Part shown: positions 18,887 through 28,516 of the stretch, piece after piece
How the letters are laid out: each line of letters begins with the position of its first letter
Position numbering within the stretch: the first letter of the stretch is position 1
Assembly: GCA_964629815.1 (NCBI GenBank)
Contig: CAZVTA010000001.1
Location: 118,357-182,356 of the forward strand
Reading direction: 5' to 3'
Origin: an uncultured Candidatus Saccharibacteria bacterium
GTDB taxonomy: Bacteria > Patescibacteriota > Saccharimonadia > Saccharimonadales > AWTP1-31
DNA: 64,000 nt
The notes under the pieces: model-generated
The model's database searches: none
What the model was told of the DNA's origin: nothing
The model's input: the letters and a program-made list of their open reading frames with translations, nothing else
Made by a program: the position numbers and the translations under genes

Positions 18887-19402
18887 TTATTCGAAGTTAA
18901 AGAATGCTTCGGCTTGTTGTGCGAGCTGGTCACGGATTTCGCTCATTCTGTAGCCGAGATCAAGTTTTACTGTTTGACTATTACTATCAAGGAGAACTGA
19001 ACCTAACTCATTTTTTAGGGTATTGTGGCCAATTGCAAGAACGGTGTCGTCGGGACGCTTAAGGAATATGCCGGTGCCGCATTCAATCTGTGGTTCTCTG
19101 TCTGTGCTACGCGTGACGATACGAGAGACCGCTCCGTTAGCCCAAGACGGCTCATAATCGTATGCAGTGAGTTTTCCATAACCACCAACAAAAATTTCTT
19201 CGACGGGATGAGACTCTGATTGCTTGCCTTTGTTAAAGGTTGCAACAAGAAGTCTACCAAGAGTGTGCTGAGCCCTCAAAGTGTCGGTTGCGGGTGTAAA
19301 GTAGCCTGCTAACACATCTGCAAAGCGTGGATCTACCAGTAAGACCTTTTGTGAACGATCGTCAGTTGTCGGTCGGTATGCATCAAACTCGGGGGAATTC
19401 AT
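18887..19402 (-). CDS. hypothetical protein
   Basis: 171 aa, no recognised motif. Co-oriented with the next two genes. Confidence 0.4.
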   Translation of the reverse strand: MNSPEFDAYRPTTDDRSQKVLLVDPRFADVLAGYFTPATDTLRAQHTLGRLLVATFNKGKQSESHPVEEIFVGGYGKLTAYDYEPSWANGAVSRIVTRSTDREPQIECGTGIFLKRPDDTVLAIGHNTLKNELGSVLLDSNSQTVKLDLGYRMSEIRDQLAQQAEAFFNFE

Positions 19403-19448
19403 GATAGTTAATTATAGCACAAAATAGTTAAAACGTCTATTCTATAAC

Positions 19449-20165
19449 TTAATCTGTAGCTTGTTGCTGTTGGTATGTCTGGTACTGGCGGTATGCAGCT
19501 TTTGCTCTGCGTAAATCTGCTGCTTTTTCTACTGGCATTACCATGCCCGCTAAAGAAAGGCTTCCAAGAAAATAGCCTTGCATTAGTTCGCCAAATTGCG
19601 CGCCTGGTTTGTTATGAAACAGCTCGCGCGCCCATTGCCAATGCTCGTCGAAATTTACACCAAAGTGGCGAATCCAGAACCCGCCACCAATTACAGAACC
19701 CGCAAGTGCAAGGCAGCCCATGCAGCCAGTACTGTGCTCTGCTAATGTGTTATCTACTTTTTCGGTTCCGTATTCTTCAATAATCTTTTGGCCACCACCA
19801 CTTAGTTCGTATCGGTCGATTCCATCTTCGCCCGGTTTTGTTACAAGTAATTTTGCATCGTATGCAAGCTTAGTCGATATATCTTGGCCGATGACGTCAA
19901 TCATTTCATTTGGCAAACGTTTTAAGTAGGGACCAAACGGTATGCCGTTGCGGTGAGTGCCGTAATGTTCTGACTCTGGTGGGCTGTACAATGTGCTGAC
20001 AATGCGCGATGCAACAACCGCATAGCCAACTCTGCGGCATAGCTGGCTATCTTCATAGTACGGGTTTATGTTGCCGGCAAGGGGGTGTTTGCGTACTGCT
20101 TCGAGTATGGTGCCATCGAACACGGCGGTAATTTGGTCGATTGGCTGAGCTTTTTCAAAATCCAC
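19449..20165 (-). CDS. hypothetical protein
   Basis: 238 aa, Gln-rich C-terminus, no recognised motif. Confidence 0.4.
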   Translation of the reverse strand: MDFEKAQPIDQITAVFDGTILEAVRKHPLAGNINPYYEDSQLCRRVGYAVVASRIVSTLYSPPESEHYGTHRNGIPFGPYLKRLPNEMIDVIGQDISTKLAYDAKLLVTKPGEDGIDRYELSGGGQKIIEEYGTEKVDNTLAEHSTGCMGCLALAGSVIGGGFWIRHFGVNFDEHWQWARELFHNKPGAQFGELMQGYFLGSLSLAGMVMPVEKAADLRRAKAAYRQYQTYQQQQATD

Positions 20166-20233
20166 TGCGTATACCTAATTTATTGCTTGCCCAATTGTAT
20201 CAATCCCCTGCCCGATAACCAAAAGCACGTCGT

Positions 20234-20590
20234 TCAGGTGAGTTTGGTGTATTTGAGGTTTTTGCCTTTGGCTTTCTCGACGGGGTATTTTTGTTCGTTG
20301 ATACGCATTTTACGCTCGAACTCGGCCGGAATATCTATGTCGAGATCGTGGCACAACAGTAGTGTGCTGTAGAGAACATCCATAAGCTCGTCTGCGACGG
20401 CTTGTTTGTTGGTACGTACGTGCTCTTCGATTTGCTGAGGCGTCTTCCACTTAAACTCGTCAAGCAGCTCGGCAGCCTCGCAGATGATGGATATAGCAGT
20501 GTCTTTGGGGTTATGGAATTGTTTCCAGTCGCGCTCGTCGCGGAAGCCTACTATACGTGCCTGCAGTTTTTTGATGTCGCTCATAACCAC
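20234..20590 (-). CDS. MazG-like nucleotide pyrophosphohydrolase (small all-alpha NTP-PPase)
   Basis: 118 aa. EAAELLDEFKWK...ELMDVLYSTLLL matches the MazG/NTP-PPase EExxE motif pattern. Confidence 0.65.
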   Translation of the reverse strand: MVMSDIKKLQARIVGFRDERDWKQFHNPKDTAISIICEAAELLDEFKWKTPQQIEEHVRTNKQAVADELMDVLYSTLLLCHDLDIDIPAEFERKMRINEQKYPVEKAKGKNLKYTKLT

Positions 20591-20629
20591 AGTATAACCC
20601 AGCGACCAAAACTGCTGTATAGTGTAGGC

Positions 20630-20884
20630 ATGACCGAGCGTTGGATTGGTGAGATAGATAACGTTTTTGACGACGGTGACTTTAATGCAACCGTTGGCCC
20701 AACATTTGATGAACGACCTTGGGTAGTACAGGTGCCGTCACGAAATGTTACTGAAACAGAACGCTCAAAGATTGTTCCTTGCAGGCGATTTTATTGTGAT
20801 ATCGAATTTGTGGATGAAGTGCTTCGTACCGTACGCGGCATAGAGTTTATTGAACCAGATTCGTTACCGTCTAGCACAGTCTAG
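20630..20884 (+). CDS. possible small hypothetical protein
   Basis: This is the downstream in-frame part of track ORF 20402-20884 that does not overlap the MazG gene. There is no SD, so support is weak. Confidence 0.2.
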   Translation: MTERWIGEIDNVFDDGDFNATVGPTFDERPWVVQVPSRNVTETERSKIVPCRRFYCDIEFVDEVLRTVRGIEFIEPDSLPSSTV

Positions 20885-20889
20885 CTCTT

Positions 20890-21558
20890 CTATTGGCGGT
20901 TTTTGCGGCGCTTGGTTGGGAGTAGTTTGCGAAGCTTGCTTCTGAACAAGAAAGCCGTGCCAGCAATGGCCAAGGCTGCGAGGACTACGATGAGTACAAG
21001 CGGTAGTGAGTCCTCTTCTTTTGAGGTTTCTTCGATTTTAGCAGGCTGAGCTGTGTCGGCTGTTGTTGTGGTGTTGCTGGTGGTTGTGGATGTGTCTGAG
21101 CTGGTTGACGTAGATGGTGTGTTTGCAGTAGGCGTAGTGGTAGTAGCCTTCTTGGCAGTGGAACTGCTGTTTGATGACGGGCTGCTGGTAGTAGATTTGA
21201 CGATTGGGTTGATGATAATTTTGCTAGCAACTGGCGTGGAACCTATCGGGCAGTCGTTTACAAACACAGGGTCAGTGTAGTTAATGGGTACTGGTGTGAT
21301 GGTAATTGTTTGCTGACTGGTAACAGTGCCAAGCGAAAATGTCTTGATGTAGTTTGTCGAGCCACGACTACCTGGACCGATTTCTCCAGAAATGCCTGCC
21401 CCGCTGACTGTTTGCGATACCACGGGGTCTTGATTGCTAATCGTTATGTTAGATGAGGCATCGGATTCAACCGATAGCGTAACGGTTTGAGCACTATTAA
21501 CGACACTTTTACAGTCGGTGTTGGCGTCGATAATTGCCGTAAGGCTAGTCGCATGCAC
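20890..21558 (-). CDS. Ser/Thr-rich surface protein with a C-terminal TM anchor and basic tail; the N-terminal signal peptide is encoded out of frame upstream
   Basis: The track ORF starts at a GTG. Upstream in the same frame there is no stop until after KLLTLTLLIALIAGNTPQVHA (a signal-peptide-like stretch), but the only ATG (21617-21615) is in another frame and is followed by an A5 tract. See the frameshift finding. Confidence 0.55.
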   Translation of the reverse strand: MHATSLTAIIDANTDCKSVVNSAQTVTLSVESDASSNITISNQDPVVSQTVSGAGISGEIGPGSRGSTNYIKTFSLGTVTSQQTITITPVPINYTDPVFVNDCPIGSTPVASKIIINPIVKSTTSSPSSNSSSTAKKATTTTPTANTPSTSTSSDTSTTTSNTTTTADTAQPAKIEETSKEEDSLPLVLIVVLAALAIAGTAFLFRSKLRKLLPTKRRKNRQ

Positions 21559-21684
21559 CTGTGGCGTATTTCCGGCAATTAGAGCAATAAGGAGTGTAAG
21601 GGTCAGTAGTTTTTCATGTTTTTGTGTCCTTAATTATGCTGCAATTGTAGCATAATCGAACATCTGTAAACTAGCGCTCGGTGT

Positions 21685-23085
21685 TTACTTGGCTGGCTTA
21701 GTGATGCCACCGTAGTGGTATATATCGCGGTTAGATACCACGACTTCCTTGCGTGGTAAGCCTTCGCATGGGTCGGTGGGTTTTGCGGCAGGCGCATGTG
21801 GTTTGTCGGCTGGGCCGTCGTCGCAGCTTTTAATAACTACACCGGCGCCAACGAGTACGATTGGTGCAAGGATCCACGGCAAGAAGCGTCGCTTCTTTTT
21901 CTCGGGTTTCTCTGTTGGCTCTTCGACTGGCTCTTCTGATTCTTCGATTGGTTCTGGACCTGCTTGGTCTGCAGGAAGTGGTTCGTCGTCTCCTTCACTG
22001 TCGTCTGGTTCTCCGTCTACGCCACCAGCACCTGAGCCTGTTCCGCCACCTACTCCTGCTCTGCTGCCGGCCGTTGAAGCATTACGTCGAATTTCCGAGA
22101 TGTTACGCATAAACAAGAAACCACCAGCAGCAATAGTGCCGAAAGTTACACCACCAATAACTATTGGAAGCGCGTATGGCACCGTAGCCTCAAAAGATTC
22201 TACTTCGGTACGGTGCTCGGTTACAGTTTTAATAGCAACAATACATACTTCTTCTTCCGTTGGTTTGCTACCTGGTTCGCCCTCTATGGTACGCGTTGCA
22301 ACAATGGTTTGAATAGTGCCGCGTTGACTATCGAGGAGTATATCGAACAAAGCAGCAACGGTAGGTGGTAGCTGATTTCTATCATCGTTGTAAGCTTTTA
22401 CGAGTGCCTCGGCGTTTGCATAGCCAAACTGGTCTGCAAGACCTTGAATAATGTGTACCTGGTTATCTTTTAAAAAACCTTCGCGGCCGGGGACTGCTAC
22501 AACCGCAATGTCCTCTAGCTTATTGGCCGCTTTGGTTTTTTCGATAGTGTCAATAACTGCGTCACGGCGGGTGTCGGCTAGTTCTATGTTCTTGGTACTT
22601 GGCGTTTGTAAGCCGGCGCTGCCGTCTGTGCTGTCGTCTTCTGCCGAGCTCAAGCCCTGTACTTCTATAGATACGCTATCCCAACCGTGCGTCTTGAGAG
22701 TAATGGCGGTTTTAAGCATTGCTTCGGCATCTTCTTGGCTAAATTCGCGTGCAACTGCATCCTCTGCAAACTCACGCGCATAGGGGCTTTTTACATCTGT
22801 AATGCGTGTAATCTGCTCTGTTTCGTCTGCTGTTGGCTCGCTGCCATCAATCGTAGTTGACTGTACATAAGGTTCGCCAGCTGGTTCGCGAGAAATAATA
22901 CGAGATGTTTTAACTTTTTCTGCAAAGGGGTTGAGGTCGCCTATCTCTACACGTGGTCCATGGCCTTCGTGCTCTGGCGTGTACTCAATATATAGGTGTA
23001 ATAGTGCGCTTGCAGCAACGGTAGCCGCAAGTGTTCCGCGGAATATACGGTCGCCGAGAGCTTGCGTTTCGGGGTTACGTGACAT
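21685..23085 (-). CDS. hypothetical membrane protein with an acidic low-complexity linker
   Basis: 466 aa. An N-terminal TM helix, a central TM helix (IVIGGVTFGTIAAGGFLF), then a G/E/D/P-rich tract and a further TM helix. Confidence 0.45.
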   Translation of the reverse strand: MSRNPETQALGDRIFRGTLAATVAASALLHLYIEYTPEHEGHGPRVEIGDLNPFAEKVKTSRIISREPAGEPYVQSTTIDGSEPTADETEQITRITDVKSPYAREFAEDAVAREFSQEDAEAMLKTAITLKTHGWDSVSIEVQGLSSAEDDSTDGSAGLQTPSTKNIELADTRRDAVIDTIEKTKAANKLEDIAVVAVPGREGFLKDNQVHIIQGLADQFGYANAEALVKAYNDDRNQLPPTVAALFDILLDSQRGTIQTIVATRTIEGEPGSKPTEEEVCIVAIKTVTEHRTEVESFEATVPYALPIVIGGVTFGTIAAGGFLFMRNISEIRRNASTAGSRAGVGGGTGSGAGGVDGEPDDSEGDDEPLPADQAGPEPIEESEEPVEEPTEKPEKKKRRFLPWILAPIVLVGAGVVIKSCDDGPADKPHAPAAKPTDPCEGLPRKEVVVSNRDIYHYGGITKPAK

Positions 23086-23127
23086 AATATGCTTATTTTA
23101 GCATAATAAGAATAAAAAAGCAATACT

Positions 23128-23793
23128 TTATTGCTCTGTTGGAGCTGTGTCAACAGATACGATACTGTCTTGATAGATACTAACTGAAAGAGTTGTTGTT
23201 CGATCAACCTTATCCCAAAGATCACGGTCAACCTCTTGGCGTCCGGTAATTTGTTTTGGTTTGCTGTCTGGGTCGTCTGGATCTGCTGGTTTTGTGGCAG
23301 TTATCCATAAGAAATAGCGTGTCGTTCGGTTGGCGACTGCGTCTTTTGGTGCACGGGCTTCGCAGCCAGTGTTGCGAGAAGGTGGCGCCTTGAATTCGCG
23401 TCTTGGAAAAACAGTCGGACATTCAAGAACAGTCACCTCTTCATCGAGCGTGTAGTCGTATTCTGTTCTGTACTCTGCCTCGCAGTGCGAAGTTTCATCA
23501 GATAGGCATGTCGACCAAAAGCATTCGGTGTCGTCTATGCTTATGTCGAACGGACCATCTGTTACTTCTTTGCATCCGTCAAACTCGCGATGAGTGCGCA
23601 CATGATAGGCGTTGAATGGCAGGTATGTTTCGTTCTGGTGCTCTACTGGCCTCGTAGCGGTAAATTCAGTTTCGATGCCTTGCGAAAAGCCAACCGCATG
23701 CCCTTCTACGCTTATTTCTGATTCCCCACATCCACCCGCAATCAGTGAAGCGCTTAGGCCTGTTGCGGCGGCAATGGTGCGTAGTTTGTTCAT
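23128..23793 (-). CDS. Cys-rich putative lipoprotein
   Basis: MNKLRTIAAATGLSASLIAGGCG gives a signal peptide and lipobox. Multiple Cys residues in the mature part. Confidence 0.55.
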   Translation of the reverse strand: MNKLRTIAAATGLSASLIAGGCGESEISVEGHAVGFSQGIETEFTATRPVEHQNETYLPFNAYHVRTHREFDGCKEVTDGPFDISIDDTECFWSTCLSDETSHCEAEYRTEYDYTLDEEVTVLECPTVFPRREFKAPPSRNTGCEARAPKDAVANRTTRYFLWITATKPADPDDPDSKPKQITGRQEVDRDLWDKVDRTTTLSVSIYQDSIVSVDTAPTEQ

Positions 23794-23878
23794 TAAAACA
23801 AAGATTACAATATTACGAATAATAAGTAAATATTGCTCGTTTGACCAAAGCGCTATATATCAGATAAGATAAAGCAAT

Positions 23879-25426
23879 ATGGCAACACTTAAAGACTACC
23901 GCGACGAGCGACTCCGCAAACTAGGCGAACTGAAAGAACTCGGCATAAATCCCTACCCTGCAAAAGCCACGCGTACGTACACCAACCAAACCATTGTCGA
24001 CGACTTTAAAAGGCTTGAAGGTCAGTCGGCCACTGTTGTGGGGCGAATTGTAAACATTCGTAAGTTTGGCAAAATTGCATTTATTGTATTGCGTGATGCC
24101 ACGGGTAGCCTGCAATTGTTTTTGAAAGAAGGCGTGGTTACTGACCTCGATGCAAATAAAGGAACACTTGGTATAGATCAGTTGCCGTTGCTCGACAGTG
24201 GTGATTTTATTCAAGCAAGTGGTACGGTTATAAAAACCCAAACGGGAGAAATATCGGTCGAAGTACAAGAACTTCGCTTGCTAACCAAAGCACTGCGCCC
24301 CCTGCCAAGCGTGCAAGATGGCTTTACGAATAAGGAAGAACGTCTGCGCAGACGCTATGTTGATACCAATGTGAACGTAGATGTCTACGAGCGATTTTTA
24401 CGCCGAAGCGCCTTCTGGCAAGCAACCAGACAGTGTCTTATCGACGAAGGTTTTGTCGAGATTAATATTCCTGTACTTGAAACCACCACTGGCGGAGCCG
24501 ATGCCAACCCGTTTGTAACGCATATGGATGCGCTCAATCAAGATTTTTACCTGCGCATTAGCCACGAATTGCCACTTAAGCGATTGCTTGTAGGTGGCTA
24601 CGAAAAGGTATTCGATATTGGCCCACGCTTCCGTAACGAAAACTATAGCGACGAGCATTTACCAGAGCACGTTGCTATGGAGTGGTACTGGGCATATGCC
24701 GACTGGGAAATGGGTATGCAGTTTACGCAAAAGTTGGTTCGGACTGTAGCCGACAAGACCTGGGGTAGTCGTACCTTTACGCTGGCAAATGGCATGAAGG
24801 TAGATCTAGGCAAAGACGGCGAAGATTGGCCACGGATTAGCTTTGTTGACACCATTAAAGAAAAGTACGGGCTCGATGTATTTGCCTGTACACTTGATGA
24901 AGTAAAAGCACAGCTGAAAAAACACAATCTGGAAGTAGAAAAAAGCGAAAACCGCTCGCGTGGAATCGATAAGCTCTGGAAAAAAGTCCGCACCACTATA
25001 GCGGGGCCGGCATTCTTGGTCGACATCCCTACATTCTTGCAGCCCCTTGCAAAAACCCAAGCAGATAACCCAGAGTTAACCGAGCAGTTTAATCTGCTAC
25101 TTGGTGGCAGTGAGTTATGCAAGGCGTATTCTGAGCTGAACGACCCAATTGACCAGTTGAACAGATTTAAAGAACAGCAAGCCATGCGCGATGCGGGCGA
25201 CGACGAAGCCATGATGATGGATATCGACTTTGTTGAGGCGCTCGAATATGCTATGCCGCCTGCCTGTGGTTTTGGGTATTCAGAGCGACTATTTTGGTAT
25301 CTCGAAGGTGTTACTGCGCGCGAAGGTGTGGTCTTTCCGCAATTGCGCCGCGAAATAGACGAAGTTACCAAAACTATTTATCCTGAACTGTACGGCGAAA
25401 AAAAAGCTGCAACGAAGGAATCCTAA
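23879..25426 (+). CDS. lysS: lysyl-tRNA synthetase (class II)
   Basis: 515 aa. An OB-fold N-domain (GRIVNIRKFGKIAFIVLRD) and class II motifs (FRNEN...HLPEH, ELCKAYSELNDP, GFGYSERL). Confidence 0.92.
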   Translation: MATLKDYRDERLRKLGELKELGINPYPAKATRTYTNQTIVDDFKRLEGQSATVVGRIVNIRKFGKIAFIVLRDATGSLQLFLKEGVVTDLDANKGTLGIDQLPLLDSGDFIQASGTVIKTQTGEISVEVQELRLLTKALRPLPSVQDGFTNKEERLRRRYVDTNVNVDVYERFLRRSAFWQATRQCLIDEGFVEINIPVLETTTGGADANPFVTHMDALNQDFYLRISHELPLKRLLVGGYEKVFDIGPRFRNENYSDEHLPEHVAMEWYWAYADWEMGMQFTQKLVRTVADKTWGSRTFTLANGMKVDLGKDGEDWPRISFVDTIKEKYGLDVFACTLDEVKAQLKKHNLEVEKSENRSRGIDKLWKKVRTTIAGPAFLVDIPTFLQPLAKTQADNPELTEQFNLLLGGSELCKAYSELNDPIDQLNRFKEQQAMRDAGDDEAMMMDIDFVEALEYAMPPACGFGYSERLFWYLEGVTAREGVVFPQLRREIDEVTKTIYPELYGEKKAATKES

Positions 25427-25469
25427 ACCGTTTTTGTTTAACAGTGCCTGCTAGGCGTACTATGTAGCT

Positions 25470-26237
25470 ATGAGCACTTACGATACCTATCATCCGTGCG
25501 AAGCATTAAAAAACCCCAATGCATACTATGAGCGTGCTTTTCGGAATTATCCGCGGCCATGGTTGGTGCCCATTGTTGGCAACGCAGCATTAATGTTGAC
25601 GCGTCCTGATGTGCGTTTTTCTCAGCTTGAATACGATTGTGACACGTATTTCGAGCAGATTCCTGATGATATACCGCTTATTATGGCGTTCTCCCACCGT
25701 GGTAAACGCCAACTACACGACCCCGCTGCTGGCATTGCAGCAGTGTATGCACTCGACCCAATGCGCGACCGCATACCAGGTATGAGACCATGGGCGGCCG
25801 TAACGTATATGACCGATAAAAAGCTCGGCCCCATTATCGTTCGGCATGGTGGTGTGTCGGTTATTCGTAGCGGCGACTATGCAAAGTTTGGTCTGAACCC
25901 GAGCGAAGAAGACCGAGAAATGGTGACTGAAGCGCTCATTGACCACACGGCCGAATATCTTGACCGAACTGGTGGAACGGTTCCGATATTCCCTGCCGGC
26001 ACCAAAGGTGCCGAGCAAATGCGAGCGGGTGTAGGTATGGTTATGGAGCGACTTGAAGACGCAGTTGCGGTACCGGTTGCCATAGCCTCTGCTAATGAAG
26101 ATTCCGGACAGATTCCGAAAGATTTACGGCTGTGTTTCGGTGAGCCTATCTACTGCGAATCTGGTACTAAAGCCGATGAATACGTTGCGAGTTTGCAAAG
26201 CTCTATGGATGTAGCAAGCTCAGTTGCACGCGCATAA
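25470..26237 (+). CDS. hypothetical protein with an acyltransferase-like FPxGT motif
   Basis: IFPAGTKG resembles motif III of PlsC-type acyltransferases, but no clean HxxxxD is present. Confidence 0.35.
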   Translation: MSTYDTYHPCEALKNPNAYYERAFRNYPRPWLVPIVGNAALMLTRPDVRFSQLEYDCDTYFEQIPDDIPLIMAFSHRGKRQLHDPAAGIAAVYALDPMRDRIPGMRPWAAVTYMTDKKLGPIIVRHGGVSVIRSGDYAKFGLNPSEEDREMVTEALIDHTAEYLDRTGGTVPIFPAGTKGAEQMRAGVGMVMERLEDAVAVPVAIASANEDSGQIPKDLRLCFGEPIYCESGTKADEYVASLQSSMDVASSVARA

Positions 26238-26261
26238 TTATTTTCATGCTACACTAGCAGT

Positions 26262-26465
26262 ATGGCAAAAGAAGAACGAAACTTTATAAAAATTAACAAA
26301 CGTGATGGCTCTGTCGGTGGTGCCATGTTCTTGTCGTTTGTTGGTGCGGCAGTTTATTTTGTAAATCAGGTCGACGGGTTTTGGAATATTATCGTAGCGC
26401 TCCTTAAAGCAGCAGTCTGGCCCGCAATTTTGGTTTATAACATCTTGCAGTCGTTTACTGCATAG
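26262..26465 (+). CDS. small membrane protein
   Basis: 67 aa with two hydrophobic helices. Confidence 0.35.
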   Translation: MAKEERNFIKINKRDGSVGGAMFLSFVGAAVYFVNQVDGFWNIIVALLKAAVWPAILVYNILQSFTA

Positions 26466-26512
26466 AATATTCCTCGATGGAGAGCGTATACTAGTAGTGG
26501 AGGATTATTGTT

Positions 26513-26776
26513 ATGACGAAACAATGTCAAAGTTGCGGTATGCCACTAAAAACCAAAAAAGCTGGTGATTGCCGTGGTACAGAAAAAGACGGTTCAAAGA
26601 GCGAGAAATGGTGCAAGCTCTGTTATAAAAACGGTTCGTTTATAGGACCGGATTGTACCTTGGATGAAATGAAAGGCATTGTTGATAATGCCCTCAAAGA
26701 ACAAGGCAGTGGACGAATCATGCGCTGGATGGCACAGAAGCAGCTCCCCCGATTAGAGCGATGGAGAGGCCGGTAG
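26513..26776 (+). CDS. putative zinc-ribbon domain protein (CQSCGMPL type)
   Basis: MTKQCQSCGMPL...DGSKSEKWCKLCYKNGSF matches the 'putative zinc ribbon' family pattern. Confidence 0.55.
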   Translation: MTKQCQSCGMPLKTKKAGDCRGTEKDGSKSEKWCKLCYKNGSFIGPDCTLDEMKGIVDNALKEQGSGRIMRWMAQKQLPRLERWRGR

Positions 26777-27033
26777 TCATGGATGGATCGATAACAGCAG
26801 GTACGGTGCACCAAGTTCCGGCCGATCTAAAGCAAGCCTTGCTTGCTGATAAAAAGTCTTTAGAACTGTGGGAAACACTTACACCACTTGGAAGGAATGA
26901 GTTTATTTGCTGGACCATAACCACCAAAAAACCCGAAACCCGAGCTAATCATATCAGGCGTATTGTCACCGAGGTAAAACAAGGTAAACGTCGTCCGTGT
27001 TGTTGGGCAGGTTGTCCACACCGCAATAAATAA
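26761..27033 (+). CDS. YdeI/OmpD-associated family protein
   Basis: VPADLKQALLADKKSLELWETLTPLGRNEFICWTITTKKPETRANHIRRIV matches that family. It overlaps the previous gene by 16 nt; the alternative start is 26779. Confidence 0.55.
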   Translation: MERPVVMDGSITAGTVHQVPADLKQALLADKKSLELWETLTPLGRNEFICWTITTKKPETRANHIRRIVTEVKQGKRRPCCWAGCPHRNK

Positions 27034-27057
27034 CAGATTGCCTGTTACAATGTAGTC

Positions 27058-27561
27058 ATGAAGAAGAATGTAATTATTGTAGTCTTGGTTATAGTAGTAT
27101 GCGTGCTTGGATATGGTATTTACACAAACAAAACAACAAGCGACACACAGACTACGGCGACCAGTGATACCAGCACAAGTACTGGCAAGGCTATTGATCT
27201 TGCCAACACGCAGCTCACGCAATTGAATAAAGATATATTAGATAACAAAAACATAACAAAACTAGATGTGAGTAACAATAGACTGACTGGTGCTCTACCT
27301 GCCGAACTACGTAAGCTAGTTAATCTCGAGATCTTGGATGCTTCGGATAACTTAATGACTGGCATCCCAGCAGAGATTGGGCAGTTAAGAAAGTTACGTG
27401 TGGCAAATTTTGCCAACAATAACATATCGGGTTTACCTTACGAGCTAGGCAACCTGAGTAACCTAGAAACACTCGACTTGCGTGGTAATCCGAACATATC
27501 TAAGTTTGACATTGATAAAATTCAGCCTAAAATTCCTCGTTGCAAAATTTTAGCAGATTAG
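27058..27561 (+). CDS. leucine-rich-repeat protein with an N-terminal TM anchor
   Basis: LDVSNNRLTGALPAELRKLVNLEILDASDNLMTGIPAEIGQLRKLRVANFANNNISGLPYELGNLSNLETLDLRGN are LRR units. Confidence 0.7.
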   Translation: MKKNVIIVVLVIVVCVLGYGIYTNKTTSDTQTTATSDTSTSTGKAIDLANTQLTQLNKDILDNKNITKLDVSNNRLTGALPAELRKLVNLEILDASDNLMTGIPAEIGQLRKLRVANFANNNISGLPYELGNLSNLETLDLRGNPNISKFDIDKIQPKIPRCKILAD

Positions 27562-27571
27562 TCAGTTGTCT

Positions 27572-28033
27572 CTAGAATTTATTAACCTCTATTTTGTGCA
27601 TTTGCATTAGCTTCTTGAACGCACCTGGCTTCTTCATAAGTTCGCCCATGTTTGCAGGTACGATCTGCCAGCTGAGACCGTATTTGTCTTTGCACCAACC
27701 ACACTGCTCTGATTCTGGCACAGCAGAAAGTTTGCCCCAAAAGTAGTCTATTTCTGCTTGATCTTTGCATGAAACAGAAAATGAAACGGCTTCGGTGAAC
27801 TTAAATTCTGGTCCCGCGTTGATGGCTACAAAAGCCATGTCTTCCAGTTCGAACTCTATCGTCAAAACCTTGCCAGCTAGATTTTTCTGAAAGTCAGCCA
27901 GGCCTTCATCGCTGTTTTGTGGATAGTACTCGGTCGAGATAATTTTGCTGTTTGGAAAAACTGATACGTAATAATCTACAGCTTCTTTTGCGTTGCCATT
28001 AAACCATAAGTTTGGAACAATCTTTGCTTGCAT
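27572..28033 (-). CDS. PhnB-like VOC-family protein (3-demethylubiquinone-9 3-methyltransferase-like domain)
   Basis: The true start is probably MQAKIVPNLWF, with AAAGGAG 7 nt upstream, rather than the longer track ORF. YYVSVF...GWCKDKYGLSWQIV. Confidence 0.7.
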   Translation of the reverse strand: MQAKIVPNLWFNGNAKEAVDYYVSVFPNSKIISTEYYPQNSDEGLADFQKNLAGKVLTIEFELEDMAFVAINAGPEFKFTEAVSFSVSCKDQAEIDYFWGKLSAVPESEQCGWCKDKYGLSWQIVPANMGELMKKPGAFKKLMQMHKIEVNKF

Positions 28034-28064
28034 ACTACTCCTTTTTCGTAATGTAATATAATAA

Positions 28065-28430
28065 CTATTCTTCCCAAGGGGTGGCGAGCTGTAGATAATT
28101 GCCTTCTGGGTCTGCAACAGTTGCCTGCCAGAACTGAGTGTTCTCAGGGTCGGGGTGGTATGGCTTCGCAACTTCAGTGCCACCAGCTTCTATAAGCTTT
28201 TCATATGCAGCTTCGACATCCTTGTCTTCGAGTGCGATCATGATTCGCTCTGGCTGTGTTGCTTTTCCGTGAACTTCGCTGTGGGGGCCAAAGAATAGGT
28301 GCCCCGATCCGATATCCCATCCATACCAATCGCCTGGCATAGCCCATTTTGGCTCTCCAAACGCTTTTGTATAAAAAACCGCTAATTTTTTTGCATTTGC
28401 TGCACCCATCTGTACGCCATTAAGTTTCAT
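28065..28430 (-). CDS. VOC family (glyoxalase/bleomycin-resistance fold) protein
   Basis: 121 aa with a VOC-like beta-alpha-beta pattern (GHLFFGP...ATVADPEGN). Confidence 0.65.
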   Translation of the reverse strand: MKLNGVQMGAANAKKLAVFYTKAFGEPKWAMPGDWYGWDIGSGHLFFGPHSEVHGKATQPERIMIALEDKDVEAAYEKLIEAGGTEVAKPYHPDPENTQFWQATVADPEGNYLQLATPWEE

Positions 28431-28516
28431 GTGCTCTCCTTGTGTTGAGTATTATAGCGGTACGATAACGTAACACAATGCGAAATATATTACATCGCAT
28501 ACTGCCTTGGTATGGG

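Noticed and set aside
24643-25371. 242-aa minus-strand ORF
   Set aside because: Antisense shadow of lysS, whose class II aaRS motifs make the plus-strand reading certain.
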